In this document: positions 19,286 through 29,933 of the stretch, piece after piece
How the letters are laid out: the number at the start of each line of letters is the position of its first letter
Position numbering within the stretch: position 1 is the stretch's first letter
Assembly (NCBI RefSeq): GCF_030525845.1
Contig: NZ_JAUNDY010000003.1
Coordinates: forward strand, 72,552-136,551
Direction of reading: 5' to 3'
Source: Moraxella sp.
GTDB taxonomy: Bacteria; Pseudomonadota; Gammaproteobacteria; Pseudomonadales; Moraxellaceae
DNA: 64,000 nucleotides
Notes under the pieces: generated by a model
What the model was told of the DNA's origin: nothing
Databases searched by the model: none
Seen by the model: only the letters and a program-made list of their open reading frames with translations
Position numbers and translations under genes: made by a program

Positions 19286-20518
19286 TTAGTTATCTAATTT
19301 TTCAACGATAATTTTAGCAATCTTTCTCACTCTTTTATCAAGCTCCAAAATATCCGCCAAATTGTCAAAACTTTTTGCTAACTCATTTGCCACTTCATCA
19401 ACATTCAAACAGTTTTCTACAATACTGGCAATATCGGTCAATTTAATTTTTCCTTTTAAAAATGCGTCCACCGCCACTTCATTCGCCCCATTTAAAATAA
19501 TACACGCCCCATTACCAAGTGCCATTGCTTTTTTGGCAAGGGCAAGACAGGCAAACTTTTGTTCGTCAGGCTTAATAAATTCCAATTTTGCCATTTCAAA
19601 TAAATTCAAAGGCTTAACCCCGCTTTCCACCCGATTAGGATAGGCAAGGGCATAGCCAATCGGCGTTTTCATATCGGGCGTACCACACTGAGCCAAAAAC
19701 GAGCCGTCCACATACTCCACCAAGGAATGCACCACGCTTTGCGGATGAATGGCGACCGCCACCTGCTCCACCCCCACGCCAAACAAATGACAGGCCTCAA
19801 TCAGCTCCAAGCCCTTATTCATCATCGTGTTAGAATCCACGGTAATTTTTGCCCCCATAGACCAGTTGGGGTGATTGACCGCTTGTGCCACGCTTGCCGT
19901 ACGCATTTCGTCATACGATTTGTGCAAAAATGCCCCACCGCTGGCAGTTAGCCAAAGTTTACGAATACCAAAATTTTTGTTATTTATCAAGGCATTATCG
20001 CCCTGAACCGCCTGTGGCAAACATTGAAAAATGGCGTTGTGTTCGCTGTCAATTGGCAAAATGACCGCCCCTGTCTCTTTGGCGGTTTTGATGACCAAAT
20101 CGCCTGCCATCACAAGGGCTTCTTTGTTGGCAAGTAAGACTTTTTTGCCCGACTGTACCGCCGATAAAGTGGAGCTAAGCCCTGCCCCACCGACAATGGC
20201 ACAGACCACTGTATCCACAGTTTGATGACTGGCAACAAAGTCCAAACCTTCGCTTGTTTTTAACACTTGCGTGGGTAGGTTTAAAGCATTGATTTTATGA
20301 TAAAATTCATCAAAATACTCATCGCCAATGACCGCAAATTCAGGGGTAAATTCTTGGCAAATATCCAATAACTTTTGTAAATTAGAAAAACCTGATACCG
20401 CAAATAAACGGTATTTGTCTAAATGCAAACGAATCAAATCAAGCGTACTGGCTCCGATTGAGCCTGTCGCACCGAGCAGGGAAATGGATTGGGGGGTGGA
20501 ACTAGAAAGCATGGTCAT
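19286..20518 (-). CDS. dxr: 1-deoxy-D-xylulose 5-phosphate reductoisomerase
   Basis: 'GATGSIGASTLDLI' NADPH-binding N-terminus; 410 aa. Confidence 0.9.
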   Translation of the reverse strand: MTMLSSSTPQSISLLGATGSIGASTLDLIRLHLDKYRLFAVSGFSNLQKLLDICQEFTPEFAVIGDEYFDEFYHKINALNLPTQVLKTSEGLDFVASHQTVDTVVCAIVGGAGLSSTLSAVQSGKKVLLANKEALVMAGDLVIKTAKETGAVILPIDSEHNAIFQCLPQAVQGDNALINNKNFGIRKLWLTASGGAFLHKSYDEMRTASVAQAVNHPNWSMGAKITVDSNTMMNKGLELIEACHLFGVGVEQVAVAIHPQSVVHSLVEYVDGSFLAQCGTPDMKTPIGYALAYPNRVESGVKPLNLFEMAKLEFIKPDEQKFACLALAKKAMALGNGACIILNGANEVAVDAFLKGKIKLTDIASIVENCLNVDEVANELAKSFDNLADILELDKRVRKIAKIIVEKLDN

Positions 20519-20533
20519 TTGTATTTTCTAAAC

Positions 20534-20743
20534 TCAATAATTAAAAGATCTGCAATGGCTGGTGTTGGCGTTATATTCGCCTATTTTTTGTTGATAATTT
20601 GAGTCTTGGATAGATGGTTTTGGAAACTGACGCTCACAACTTCTATCCATTGGCTTATATTGGGCTGGATTTTCTTGGGGCAAAGTTTTACCCACGCATG
20701 CTGTTAAATATAAAATACTTACTACAATAAAAGCTATTTTCAT
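20534..20743 (-). CDS. Small lipoprotein, hypothetical
   Basis: 'MKIAFIVVSILYLTAC' signal peptide with lipobox; ~69 aa. Confidence 0.4.
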   Translation of the reverse strand: MKIAFIVVSILYLTACVGKTLPQENPAQYKPMDRSCERQFPKPSIQDSNYQQKIGEYNANTSHCRSFNY

Positions 20744-21061
20744 TTTACAAGCTCCCAATTCAAATTAAAAGATAAATCATTAAAATACAATGGTTTAGTT
20801 TTAAAATTAAAACCGTTAGTTATCTTCAAACATATCCACAATACCATTTACAAAAGCAACATCAAAATTTATCAAACTGACCTGATAGTTTAGCTAAGTT
20901 TTATAAGATTGTCAAAGTTCAGCCCATTTTGTTATATCATAACACAATCCCACCACATCACCCTCATCTCATCTATCCATCAAGATTTATCAGAATTTAC
21001 CCAAAATCCCCCTATTGCAATATATCATTTTTTACTATATTATCATTAGTAAATCAGATGA

Positions 21062-21424
<363 letters not shown>

Positions 21425-21444
21425 CCAAACAAATGGGGGAGATG

Positions 21445-22722
21445 ATGAAATCACAAAAATTTTGGCTAAATGTCGGACTGGGGCTTGGTGCTTTATTACC
21501 GATGATGGCACATGCCAGCAACACGCTCAACACAGGCGACACCGCTTGGGTGCTGATGGCGACTTGCTTGGTGCTGATGATGACTGTACCGGGTTTGGCG
21601 TTGTTTTATGCAGGTATGGTGCGTAAAAAGAACATTTTGGGGACGATGATGCACAGCATTGGGGCGACTTTGGTGGTCAGCGTGCTGTGGGTGGTGGTGG
21701 GTTATTCGCTCAGCTTTGGACAGGGCAATGGCTTTGTGGGTGGTTTTGAGCATTGGCTACTTGCCGACATTGCCCTTGATGAGATGACAGGGAGCATTCC
21801 GACTTTGTTGTTTGTGGCGTTTCAGATGACTTTTGCGGTGATTGCGGTGGCGATTTTGTCTGGGTCGTTGGCGGAGCGGATAAAATTTGGCTCGTTTTTA
21901 CTGTTTGCGTCTTTGTGGACACTACTCGTCTATGCCCCTGTGTGCCATTGGATTTGGGGTGGTGGCTGGCTAACTGGCGATGCTCTTGACTTTGCAGGCG
22001 GTACGGTGGTTCACATCAGTGCAGGGGTTGCAGGGTTGGTGCTGGCAGTACTGCTTGGCAAACGCAAAGGCTACCAAAAAAGCTACCTTGCCCCCGCCAA
22101 TCTTACCCTAACACTGGTCGGAACGGGGCTTTTGTGGGTGGGCTGGTTTGGCTTTAATGGCGGTTCGGCACTGGGGGCAAACGGCACATCGGCAATGGCA
22201 ATCATCGTCTCGCAAGTGTCGGCATCGGTGGGTGGTTTGGCGTGGCTACTGTGCGAGTATTTACATCGTGGCAAGGCATCGGCATTGGGCGGTGCGTCTG
22301 GGGCGATTGCAGGGCTTGTGGGTATTACCCCTGCGGCGGGCTTTGTGGACATTGGCGGTGCGATGGCGATTGGGGCTTTGACGGCGGTGGGGTGTTTTGG
22401 GTTTATCAGCTTTGTCAAACACAAAATCAGCATTGATGACAGTTTGGACGCTTTTGGCTTGCATGGTGTGGGCGGTATCATTGGGGCGGTGTTGACAGGG
22501 ATTTTTGCCAGCGAACGCATCATGGGTAAACCGCTTGACACCTCATTTTTTGGACAATTATGGCTACAAATTGAAGGGGTCATCGCAACCGCCCTTTATA
22601 GTGCGGTAATGACGCTCATCATCGGCTTACTCATCAAAAAATTCATCGGACTGCGTGTCAGCCATGAGGATGAATATCAAGGGCTAGATTTGGCGGTACA
22701 CGGAGAGAAGGTGGGCGATTGA
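21445..22722 (+). CDS. amtB: Ammonium transporter AmtB
   Basis: Signal peptide then 11-TM Amt family; directly downstream of glnK; GGGGGAG RBS; start at 21433, 21442 or 21445. Confidence 0.85.
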   Translation: MKSQKFWLNVGLGLGALLPMMAHASNTLNTGDTAWVLMATCLVLMMTVPGLALFYAGMVRKKNILGTMMHSIGATLVVSVLWVVVGYSLSFGQGNGFVGGFEHWLLADIALDEMTGSIPTLLFVAFQMTFAVIAVAILSGSLAERIKFGSFLLFASLWTLLVYAPVCHWIWGGGWLTGDALDFAGGTVVHISAGVAGLVLAVLLGKRKGYQKSYLAPANLTLTLVGTGLLWVGWFGFNGGSALGANGTSAMAIIVSQVSASVGGLAWLLCEYLHRGKASALGGASGAIAGLVGITPAAGFVDIGGAMAIGALTAVGCFGFISFVKHKISIDDSLDAFGLHGVGGIIGAVLTGIFASERIMGKPLDTSFFGQLWLQIEGVIATALYSAVMTLIIGLLIKKFIGLRVSHEDEYQGLDLAVHGEKVGD

Positions 22723-23046
22723 TTGGATTGAGGGATTAATGAAAGATAATGGTTTATAAAATTAACACTCGTAGAATTTTAAAATCAATACCCCATTTTT
22801 TTAACATCCTATGAATTGAATCATACCTATTTTAAATCATAAAGGCGAATTACAATTTGCCTTTATGCCTTTATAAAAATTAACCATTTATATAAAATTA
22901 AGAATAGTGCAATCAATTCTTCTAAATGTTAAGTTTCACAATTGTTTGCCCTATTGCACCCAAAAGGGCGATGGATTGGGGAAAGTTGTCATTGAGAAAC
23001 TTATTAAAAATGATTGGAGAATTTATAAGGAAATTGATAAAAAAAC

Positions 23047-23451
23047 TTAAAGCGTTTTTGTATTTAAAATAAAAGATTTATCATATTTTAAAATTGCATT
23101 ATCTGTGGTCAAAAGGTATAATCTTTCTTGTTCGGCTTGGATAATTAAAAGACGGTCAAAAGGATCATTGTGCATTAAAGGCAATTCTGAAACACCCATT
23201 ACATTATTTGGCGTAATTGGTAATAATTGAATGCCCACTTTTCGCATTTGTTTTAACATTAAATCTGCTTTATAAGGAAAATTAGGCTTTTTTAAAGTAG
23301 ACTTAATTGCGATTTCCCAAATGGTTGCAAGACTGACAAAAAATTCATTATCCCTACGATTTTCTAAAATTTCTAAAACTTTGGGTGAAAATCGGTGCAT
23401 TTCATTACCAGCAATCCATATTAAAATATGGGTATCCAATAAGATTTTCAT
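23047..23451 (-). CDS. vapC: PIN-domain toxin, VapC family
   Basis: 'MKILLDTHILIW' PIN N-terminus; 134 aa; overlaps the upstream antitoxin stop/start. Confidence 0.65.
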   Translation of the reverse strand: MKILLDTHILIWIAGNEMHRFSPKVLEILENRRDNEFFVSLATIWEIAIKSTLKKPNFPYKADLMLKQMRKVGIQLLPITPNNVMGVSELPLMHNDPFDRLLIIQAEQERLYLLTTDNAILKYDKSFILNTKTL

Positions 23452-23744
23452 TAAAATTCCCCATTGTTTAGCATAAGTTCAACCATTTCATCATTTAACT
23501 CATCAAAACATTCGGAAAATTCTTTAAAACCTTCTGGCAAATTACCATTCTCATCAAGCATAAAGCCAAACATAGACCCCATTTTTGGTTCGTCAATCGG
23601 CACAATTTTGACTTTTGGCGTTCCTGCTTTGGCAATGGTAATCGGCTTGCCCGTACTTGCCACTTCGTCAATCAAGCGAGATAAATGGGTTTTGGCATAA
23701 TGAATATTGACATTGGCGGTAGCGGTTTGCATCATTCTCTCCAA
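23451..23744 (-). CDS. Phd/YefM-family antitoxin
   Basis: 'VNIHYAKTHLSRLIDEVA...GKPITIAKAG' Phd-type N-terminus. Confidence 0.6.
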   Translation of the reverse strand: MERMMQTATANVNIHYAKTHLSRLIDEVASTGKPITIAKAGTPKVKIVPIDEPKMGSMFGFMLDENGNLPEGFKEFSECFDELNDEMVELMLNNGEF

Positions 23745-23833
23745 ACTTAGTTTAATAACTTAGCTAATTCTAACAAAACAACAAGCCATTTTCAATCATT
23801 TATAAATTTGCCAAAAGTGCTTTATCTTTTAAA

Positions 23834-24643
23834 TCAACCCACAAAACTCACGCCCAACACTTGACAAATCAGCACACCCAACGCAAAAATTGGTGTCGCC
23901 GACAACAAACTGTCAATTCTATCAAGCACCCCACCGTGCCCTGGTAAGATTGTGCCAGAATCCTTGACCCCTGCACGGCGTTTGAGCATGGATTCAAACA
24001 AATCGCCCAACACACTCGCCCCCACCGTTACCGCCGACAACACCAAAAACACGACAAGTGGCACGGCCGGCAACTTCAAATACAACCCCACGCCTACCGC
24101 AACTGTGCTTGCGGTTACCACACCACCGATTAAGCCTTCCACCGATTTGTTGGGCGAGACATGGGGAGCAAGCTTAGTTTTGCCGAGTTTTCGCCCAACA
24201 AAATACGCCCCGCTATCAGCACACCACACAAGCAAAAACACATACAAGAGCCACCACGCCGACATTTGCCACAAGGCGTACATGGCAGTAATGCTAGCGG
24301 TAATGATGATTGTACCTATAATGAACAGTTGTTTACCATACCATTTTTCTTGCTTGGGATAGGTCAGCACCCACCGAGTTGCCAACAGCCAAATAACCCA
24401 CGCCAACGTCCACCACAGCACCCATACTTGAGGCAACAACAAACTAACAAACGCCATCACAAACACAGGCAGTACAAAAAACATCGGCTGTTTTAGAGGC
24501 GGTGTTAGTTTTGTCCATTCTTGGGAGGCAATAAATGTTCCCACCATCAACAGGGGCAAAAATAAATACGGCTTGTCGGTTGCAAACATTGCCACGCCCA
24601 CAATAATCACAAGCACGATTGCGGTTTTAATTCGTTGCCACAT
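23834..24643 (-). CDS. cdsA: Phosphatidate cytidylyltransferase
   Basis: Polytopic; C-terminal 'GHGGVLDRIDS' CTP-transferase motif. Confidence 0.85.
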   Translation of the reverse strand: MWQRIKTAIVLVIIVGVAMFATDKPYLFLPLLMVGTFIASQEWTKLTPPLKQPMFFVLPVFVMAFVSLLLPQVWVLWWTLAWVIWLLATRWVLTYPKQEKWYGKQLFIIGTIIITASITAMYALWQMSAWWLLYVFLLVWCADSGAYFVGRKLGKTKLAPHVSPNKSVEGLIGGVVTASTVAVGVGLYLKLPAVPLVVFLVLSAVTVGASVLGDLFESMLKRRAGVKDSGTILPGHGGVLDRIDSLLSATPIFALGVLICQVLGVSFVG

Positions 24644-24664
24644 AAATTTACCCTTTATTTGAGA

Positions 24665-25402
24665 TTATTGTGATTGCACCTGCTCACTGGTCTTACCAAA
24701 CCGCCGTTCACGATTGCCAAAATCCGCCATCATCTCTGAAAGCTCATCGGGCGTAAAATCAGGCCATAAGGTTTTGGTAAAAAATAGCTCCGCATACGCC
24801 GTTTGCCACAGCAAAAAGTTAGAAATGCGATAATCGCCCCCCGTGCGAATCAGCATATCCACAGGCGGGCAATCGCCCAAACTTACCCCAGCCGTAAAGG
24901 CGGTTTCGTCAATGTCATCTATGCCTATTTCGCCATTTTTTACCTTAGTTATCAATGACTTGGCACTTTGGACAATGTCCCATTTTCCGCCATAGCTTAC
25001 CGCAATGACTAGGGTCATTTTGTCAAAATGAGCGGTTTGGCTCTCCGCATCCGCCATTTTTTGTTGCAAGTGGTCAGAGAGTTTGCTTCTATCGCCAATA
25101 AAACGAAGTCGCATTTGGTTTTTTTGCATTCTAGGAAGTTGCTCATCAATAGCCTCCTCTAATAGCGTCATTAGAAGCTCCACTTCCGCCTGTGGTCTTG
25201 CCCAGTTTTCTGACGAAAAAGCAAATACCGTCAACACCTGCACGCCCTGCTCTGCACAAAATTCCACAATGGGGTCAAGGCTATCTTTACCCGCCAAATG
25301 CCCGCCCCCAGACGGCAAGCCTTGTCGTTTGGCGTAGCGGTTATTGCCGTCCATAATGATTGCGATGTGTTTAGGAATATTGGGAGAATAAGGAGTGTTC
25401 AT
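24665..25402 (-). CDS. uppS: Ditrans,polycis-undecaprenyl-diphosphate synthase
   Basis: 'HIAIIMDGNNRYA' motif; 245 aa. Confidence 0.9.
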   Translation of the reverse strand: MNTPYSPNIPKHIAIIMDGNNRYAKRQGLPSGGGHLAGKDSLDPIVEFCAEQGVQVLTVFAFSSENWARPQAEVELLMTLLEEAIDEQLPRMQKNQMRLRFIGDRSKLSDHLQQKMADAESQTAHFDKMTLVIAVSYGGKWDIVQSAKSLITKVKNGEIGIDDIDETAFTAGVSLGDCPPVDMLIRTGGDYRISNFLLWQTAYAELFFTKTLWPDFTPDELSEMMADFGNRERRFGKTSEQVQSQ

Positions 25403-25446
25403 AAAATCACTGGGGTTATGGGATTAAAAATATCAATGGTTTTTAA

Positions 25447-25968
25447 TTAACTGACATAAGCAACATAATCAAAATCACCATTTAAATCAAAATTAACTTC
25501 AATTATTTGGTCGCTTTCATTAGGGTTTATTTGATAATAAAGGCTAATATGAGCTTTAAAATACCGTTCAGGGTCATTTTTACCAAGCCAAATATTAACA
25601 TATTGCAAGTTTAACAAGTCATAAACCGTTTGTGGCAAAACTTGATTATTTTCTATTAGCTCTTTTAGGGCAGGAATATTCGCCCCATAACTCACATATT
25701 CCAAATGCTCATCAATAAAATAACTATCTGTTTCTAACTCATTGATAATATAGGGTTTAGCAATTTTGTGCAATTCCTCAATTCTTTGAATAAGATTAAC
25801 ACACTTATCCAAAATTTCAGTCGTGACCCAATCAGAAGAATTGTCCCATAACCATAATGTAACTCTTATGGGATTATTAAAATTGCTTAAAGTAAATTCT
25901 TTTTCCCAAATAACTTCGGCATAATCAAAATCAATTAAATTTAATTCGCCAAAATAAGAATGGTTCAT
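25447..25968 (-). CDS. Hypothetical cytoplasmic protein (possible orphan immunity-like protein)
   Basis: 173 aa, low GC, no signal peptide; inserted between frr and uppS. Confidence 0.35.
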   Translation of the reverse strand: MNHSYFGELNLIDFDYAEVIWEKEFTLSNFNNPIRVTLWLWDNSSDWVTTEILDKCVNLIQRIEELHKIAKPYIINELETDSYFIDEHLEYVSYGANIPALKELIENNQVLPQTVYDLLNLQYVNIWLGKNDPERYFKAHISLYYQINPNESDQIIEVNFDLNGDFDYVAYVS

Positions 25969-26043
25969 TCATTGCCTTAAAAATAATCAAAGTTGGAATA
26001 AAACGTAGGGCGTAAATTTACACCCTACTTTTTTAAATCACAA

Positions 26044-26598
26044 TCACACTTCCATCAACTCACTTTCTTTTTTGGCAAGGCGGGTATCAATCGCTTTGAT
26101 AAAATCATCGGTCAGCTTTTGAATGTCGGTTTCGGCACGGCGTTCATCATCTTCGCTTGCCTCTTTGTCCTTGACCAATTTTTTGATATCAGCCAGCATA
26201 TCACGGCGGATATTGCGTACCGATACACGGCTTTGCTCCGCTTCACTTCTGGCAAGTTTTTGCATATCTTTACGAGTCTCTTCGGTAAGTGCTGGCATTG
26301 GCACACGAATGACATCGGCACTCATTGGGTTTAGCCCCAAGTCCGCCTCACGAATTGCCTTATCCACCGCTTGCACCATTGAGCGGTCAAAGGGCTGTAC
26401 CAGTAGCGTGCGAGCATCTTCAACATTGATACTGGCAACTTGGTTTAAAGGCATTTCAGAACCATAATAGCTTACCATCACGCCTGATAAAATCCCAGGG
26501 TGAGCCCGACCTGTACGCAGTTTGGCAAAAGCACCCTCCAACGCTTCAAGCGATTTTTCCATACGAGCTTTGCCATCGGTTTTGATTTGGTTAATCAT
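26044..26598 (-). CDS. frr: Ribosome recycling factor
   Basis: 184 aa; 'MINQIK...' with typical RRF length and charge pattern; sits between pyrH and uppS. Confidence 0.9.
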   Translation of the reverse strand: MINQIKTDGKARMEKSLEALEGAFAKLRTGRAHPGILSGVMVSYYGSEMPLNQVASINVEDARTLLVQPFDRSMVQAVDKAIREADLGLNPMSADVIRVPMPALTEETRKDMQKLARSEAEQSRVSVRNIRRDMLADIKKLVKDKEASEDDERRAETDIQKLTDDFIKAIDTRLAKKESELMEV

Positions 26599-26827
26599 AA
26601 AAAATTCTCCAAAATTATTTAAAAGTTTAAGATAATGCCATCTTTTAATTAAAAGAGTGATTGATTTTTATGAGAGAAAGTTACCATTTACCCCCACAAA
26701 TCTCAATACAAAACTTATCCAAGCCACTTTAAAATAAGGCATTATTAAAATTAAAATGTACTATTAAAATTTGGCATTAAAAAATACAATATTTTATTAA
26801 AAATTTACCAAGAATTTTATTCAAAAA

Positions 26828-27568
26828 TCAATGATAAACCTTTGTCCCTTCATTTTCGCCCATGACGACATTCAGTAGAGCATTCGGCTTATTCATGTCA
26901 AACACTTGCAAAGGCACATTATGCTCACGGCATAGGGCAATGGCGGTCAAATCCATGACACCCAATTTGCGTTCTAGCACTTCATCAAACGATAGGCTAT
27001 CATATTTGACCGCATCGTCATACACGCTTGGGTCTTTGTCATAAACGCCGTCCACTTTGGTGGCTTTTAAAATGAGGCCTGCCTCAATCTCAATGCCACG
27101 CAAACAAGCGGCGGTGTCGGTGGTAAAAAATGGGTTGCCCGTGCCAGCGACAAAAATACATACTTCGCCATTATTAAGATGACGAATCGCTTCACGGCTA
27201 GAATAGGGCTCGCCAATGGTGGCAATGTTCAGAGCAGACATCAGACGGCATTTGATGTTACGGCGAGCTAGGGCATCACGCATGGCAAGTCCGTTCATCA
27301 CGGTGGCAAGCATACCCATTTGGTCGCCTGTAACTCGTCCGACAAGCCCTTCTTTTTGTAGGGTTGAACCACGATACAAATTGCCCCCACCCACGACAAT
27401 ACCCACCTGCACACCAAGCCCACGTAAATGAGCAATTGATAGACTCATCTGGTCAAGGATAGATGCGTCAATCCCCATGTCCTTGCCTCCTGCTAGGGCT
27501 TCGCCTGAGAGTTTGAGTAGAATGCGGGAGAATTTGGGGTTTTTGTCGTTTGGATTGATGTCGGACAT
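26828..27568 (-). CDS. pyrH: UMP kinase
   Basis: '[11 protein letters not shown]' N-terminal motif; 246 aa. Confidence 0.9.
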   Translation of the reverse strand: MSDINPNDKNPKFSRILLKLSGEALAGGKDMGIDASILDQMSLSIAHLRGLGVQVGIVVGGGNLYRGSTLQKEGLVGRVTGDQMGMLATVMNGLAMRDALARRNIKCRLMSALNIATIGEPYSSREAIRHLNNGEVCIFVAGTGNPFFTTDTAACLRGIEIEAGLILKATKVDGVYDKDPSVYDDAVKYDSLSFDEVLERKLGVMDLTAIALCREHNVPLQVFDMNKPNALLNVVMGENEGTKVYH

Positions 27569-27760
27569 GATGCACCTATTTTTTTAAAATAAAATTGAGC
27601 CATTTTAGCATTTTTCATTCATATTGTAAAACTTGCATTTATACCCAGTATTTTTTATGAATAAACAAGCTAAAATTCTGGTTTGCACGCCTAGCCCAAA
27701 GCAAACTTCCCAAACATCGCTCGACATTTGGGAAGTTTGGTACGTTTGGGATTATCCGCT

Positions 27761-28462
27761 TTAATTGATTTTGGTTAGCTCCATGCTAATGACTTTGCCG
27801 TCATTGGTTTGGCTAACTTTAATGGGTAAATAATTTAAGCTTGGGGCCAACCAAAAACTTGTGGCACGTCCTTTATCATCATGCACACGGTCAATGCGAA
27901 CGACATCATAAGTCCCTGCTGGCACGGTAATTTTGGCGTTGCCAGATTTTTTAAACTTCGTGGATTCAATGTTGGTTTTTTTAACCAATGGATAATTGCC
28001 ACGAAACTTGCCATTAATCAACTCTTGGCGAATCTGCACTTCCAAGCTCAAATCATCATATGCCTGAGTTTTCATGCTGAGGGTGGTCGCCTTGCCCTTA
28101 TAGGTGCTAACCACCGACTTGGCACTGTTGTTAAATTTAATGTTGTGTGTGCGTCCCACGCCTAGCACCTTAACCGACATATTGGAAGTCGCTGGGATAA
28201 TCGTTCCGCCAGACAAACTAAAATTTGCCGATTGGGTTAAACTTGCCACACCTGAGACGCTTGCCTTGACATGATAAGCGTAATTATTGCCGTTTTTGGT
28301 TAGGGTGCGTGTCGCCGTGCCACTTTTGCCATCGGCTTTTACTGCATAAGTTGCCGAAAAACCTTGCAAGTCTGTTGCATTTGCCAAATTTGCCCCAGCC
28401 AATACGCTGGCGGCAACAGTGGCAGTACCGACAGTTTTTAAGAATTTTGAAATGATACTCAT
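27761..28462 (-). CDS. Secreted DUF3108-like protein
   Basis: Signal peptide then beta-rich domain; family assignment from memory only. Confidence 0.35.
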   Translation of the reverse strand: MSIISKFLKTVGTATVAASVLAGANLANATDLQGFSATYAVKADGKSGTATRTLTKNGNNYAYHVKASVSGVASLTQSANFSLSGGTIIPATSNMSVKVLGVGRTHNIKFNNSAKSVVSTYKGKATTLSMKTQAYDDLSLEVQIRQELINGKFRGNYPLVKKTNIESTKFKKSGNAKITVPAGTYDVVRIDRVHDDKGRATSFWLAPSLNYLPIKVSQTNDGKVISMELTKIN

Positions 28463-28806
28463 CTAAATACCCTCAAATTTTGACGTGTATATGATGGATA
28501 AAATTTGTGATAATTTCAATGGGGGTTTTGCAAGAATTTGTGTGATTTTGTGAGCATGATTGCTCGTATCTTGCAGATTTGCCCATGCACAACACCTCCA
28601 TGATCTCAACACACGCCAAAAGAGATGGGGCTACTCCCAACATCAATAAGAGGGATAAATACGCCACGCACGTGTTTGCTGTTGCCGATGACTCTTTGGC
28701 AACGATTAAAAGCTGATTAGGATTTAGATAGGTGGGCTGCGATGGGATTTTGAGTTATTTTGCCCTAAAAGCAAGTCGCATGATGAATACCTAATCTTTG
28801 ACGATG

Positions 28807-28856
28807 CCACCCACAAATCAAATGCCAAGATGTTAAGATTTGGTTTGTGTGGGTGG
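28807..28856. other. Long imperfect hairpin overlapping the 3' end of mscS
   Basis: ccacccacaaa...tttgtgtgggtgg inverted repeat with a ~17-nt loop. Confidence 0.3.
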
Positions 28857-29909
28857 ATTCATGGGGCTGTCATGACCAGAGAGGTTCTTTAATATCTCCT
28901 CCAAACCGTCAATTTGTACCGTGCGGTTCGGAAAGGGAATGCTAATACCCTCTTTATCAAACAGCCCTTTTATGCATTCTAACAAATCACATTGTACCGC
29001 AAACCAATCGTCATTTGCCGTCCAAACGTACAAAGTAAGATTAACCGAGCTTTCTGCCAATTCTGTAACACGCACAATAGGCTCAGGTTCTTTTAATGTT
29101 AATTCATGAGCCAAAGCCGTCTGCATCATGATTTGACGAGCCGTCTTGATATCGCTGTCATAGCTGATACCCACAAGCACTTCCACGCGACGATTAGGCA
29201 AAGATGAATAATTGATGCTGGCAGAAGTCATGATGTCGCCATTAGGGATAATAACCTCGTGATTGCTGTTGGTGCAAATTCGGGTATTAACAAGCGTAAT
29301 CTCCTGAACTCTACCTACATGTCCACCGATTTGCACCAAATCGCCACGACGAAAGGGACGAAACACCACAATCAACACGCCCGCCGCCAAATTAGATACT
29401 TGGTCTTTGAGCGAGACACCGATGGCGACCGTCAACGCACCAAGCACCGCCACAAATGACGTTGTGCTAATACCCAGCTGGTTTAGTGATGCCAAAACCA
29501 CCGCCGCCAAAACCACCCAGTACAACAAATTACTTAAAAAACTAACCGTCGTACCATCCATAGAGCTACGCATCATGGCATGTTTAGCAAGATTAACAAT
29601 GCGTCGCCCTATCCACTTACCCACATAAAAAATGATGATGGCAAGCACCGCTTTGATAGCAAAGTCCACCGAATTTGCCATAAGTGTACGTGTATTTACA
29701 GATATACCAAGCAGTTCAAGGGTGTAATCACTGGCAGTCTCTACGGTCTTGGTTGCCTCTACCGCCACTTCTTTGGTGGTCTCTGCAACCGCCTCGCTGG
29801 TTTTGGTAGCAACAGTTTCCAACCGCTCCACAGATTCTTCGGCGACTGCCTTGACTTCCTCAATTAAAGGCGGTTCTGATTTGGGCGATTCGGTTTCTTT
29901 TTTTGACAT
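28833..29909 (-). CDS. mscS: Small-conductance mechanosensitive channel, MscS family
   Basis: TM region then 'FRPFRRGDLVQIGGHVGRVQEITLVNTRI...IPNGDI' MscS beta-domain motif. Confidence 0.8.
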   Translation of the reverse strand: MSKKETESPKSEPPLIEEVKAVAEESVERLETVATKTSEAVAETTKEVAVEATKTVETASDYTLELLGISVNTRTLMANSVDFAIKAVLAIIIFYVGKWIGRRIVNLAKHAMMRSSMDGTTVSFLSNLLYWVVLAAVVLASLNQLGISTTSFVAVLGALTVAIGVSLKDQVSNLAAGVLIVVFRPFRRGDLVQIGGHVGRVQEITLVNTRICTNSNHEVIIPNGDIMTSASINYSSLPNRRVEVLVGISYDSDIKTARQIMMQTALAHELTLKEPEPIVRVTELAESSVNLTLYVWTANDDWFAVQCDLLECIKGLFDKEGISIPFPNRTVQIDGLEEILKNLSGHDSPMNPPTQTKS

Positions 29910-29933
29910 GATAAATAAAATATACTAAGAATA

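Noticed and set aside
21496-22583. Multiple antisense and alternate-frame ORFs inside amtB (His/Gln/Arg-rich or Pro/Ala-rich)
   Set aside because: They sit in a GC-rich membrane-protein gene; their compositions are typical of spurious frames.
29259-29867. Plus-strand ORFs within mscS (66-95 aa)
   Set aside because: Antisense to a well-supported MscS gene; no independent support.
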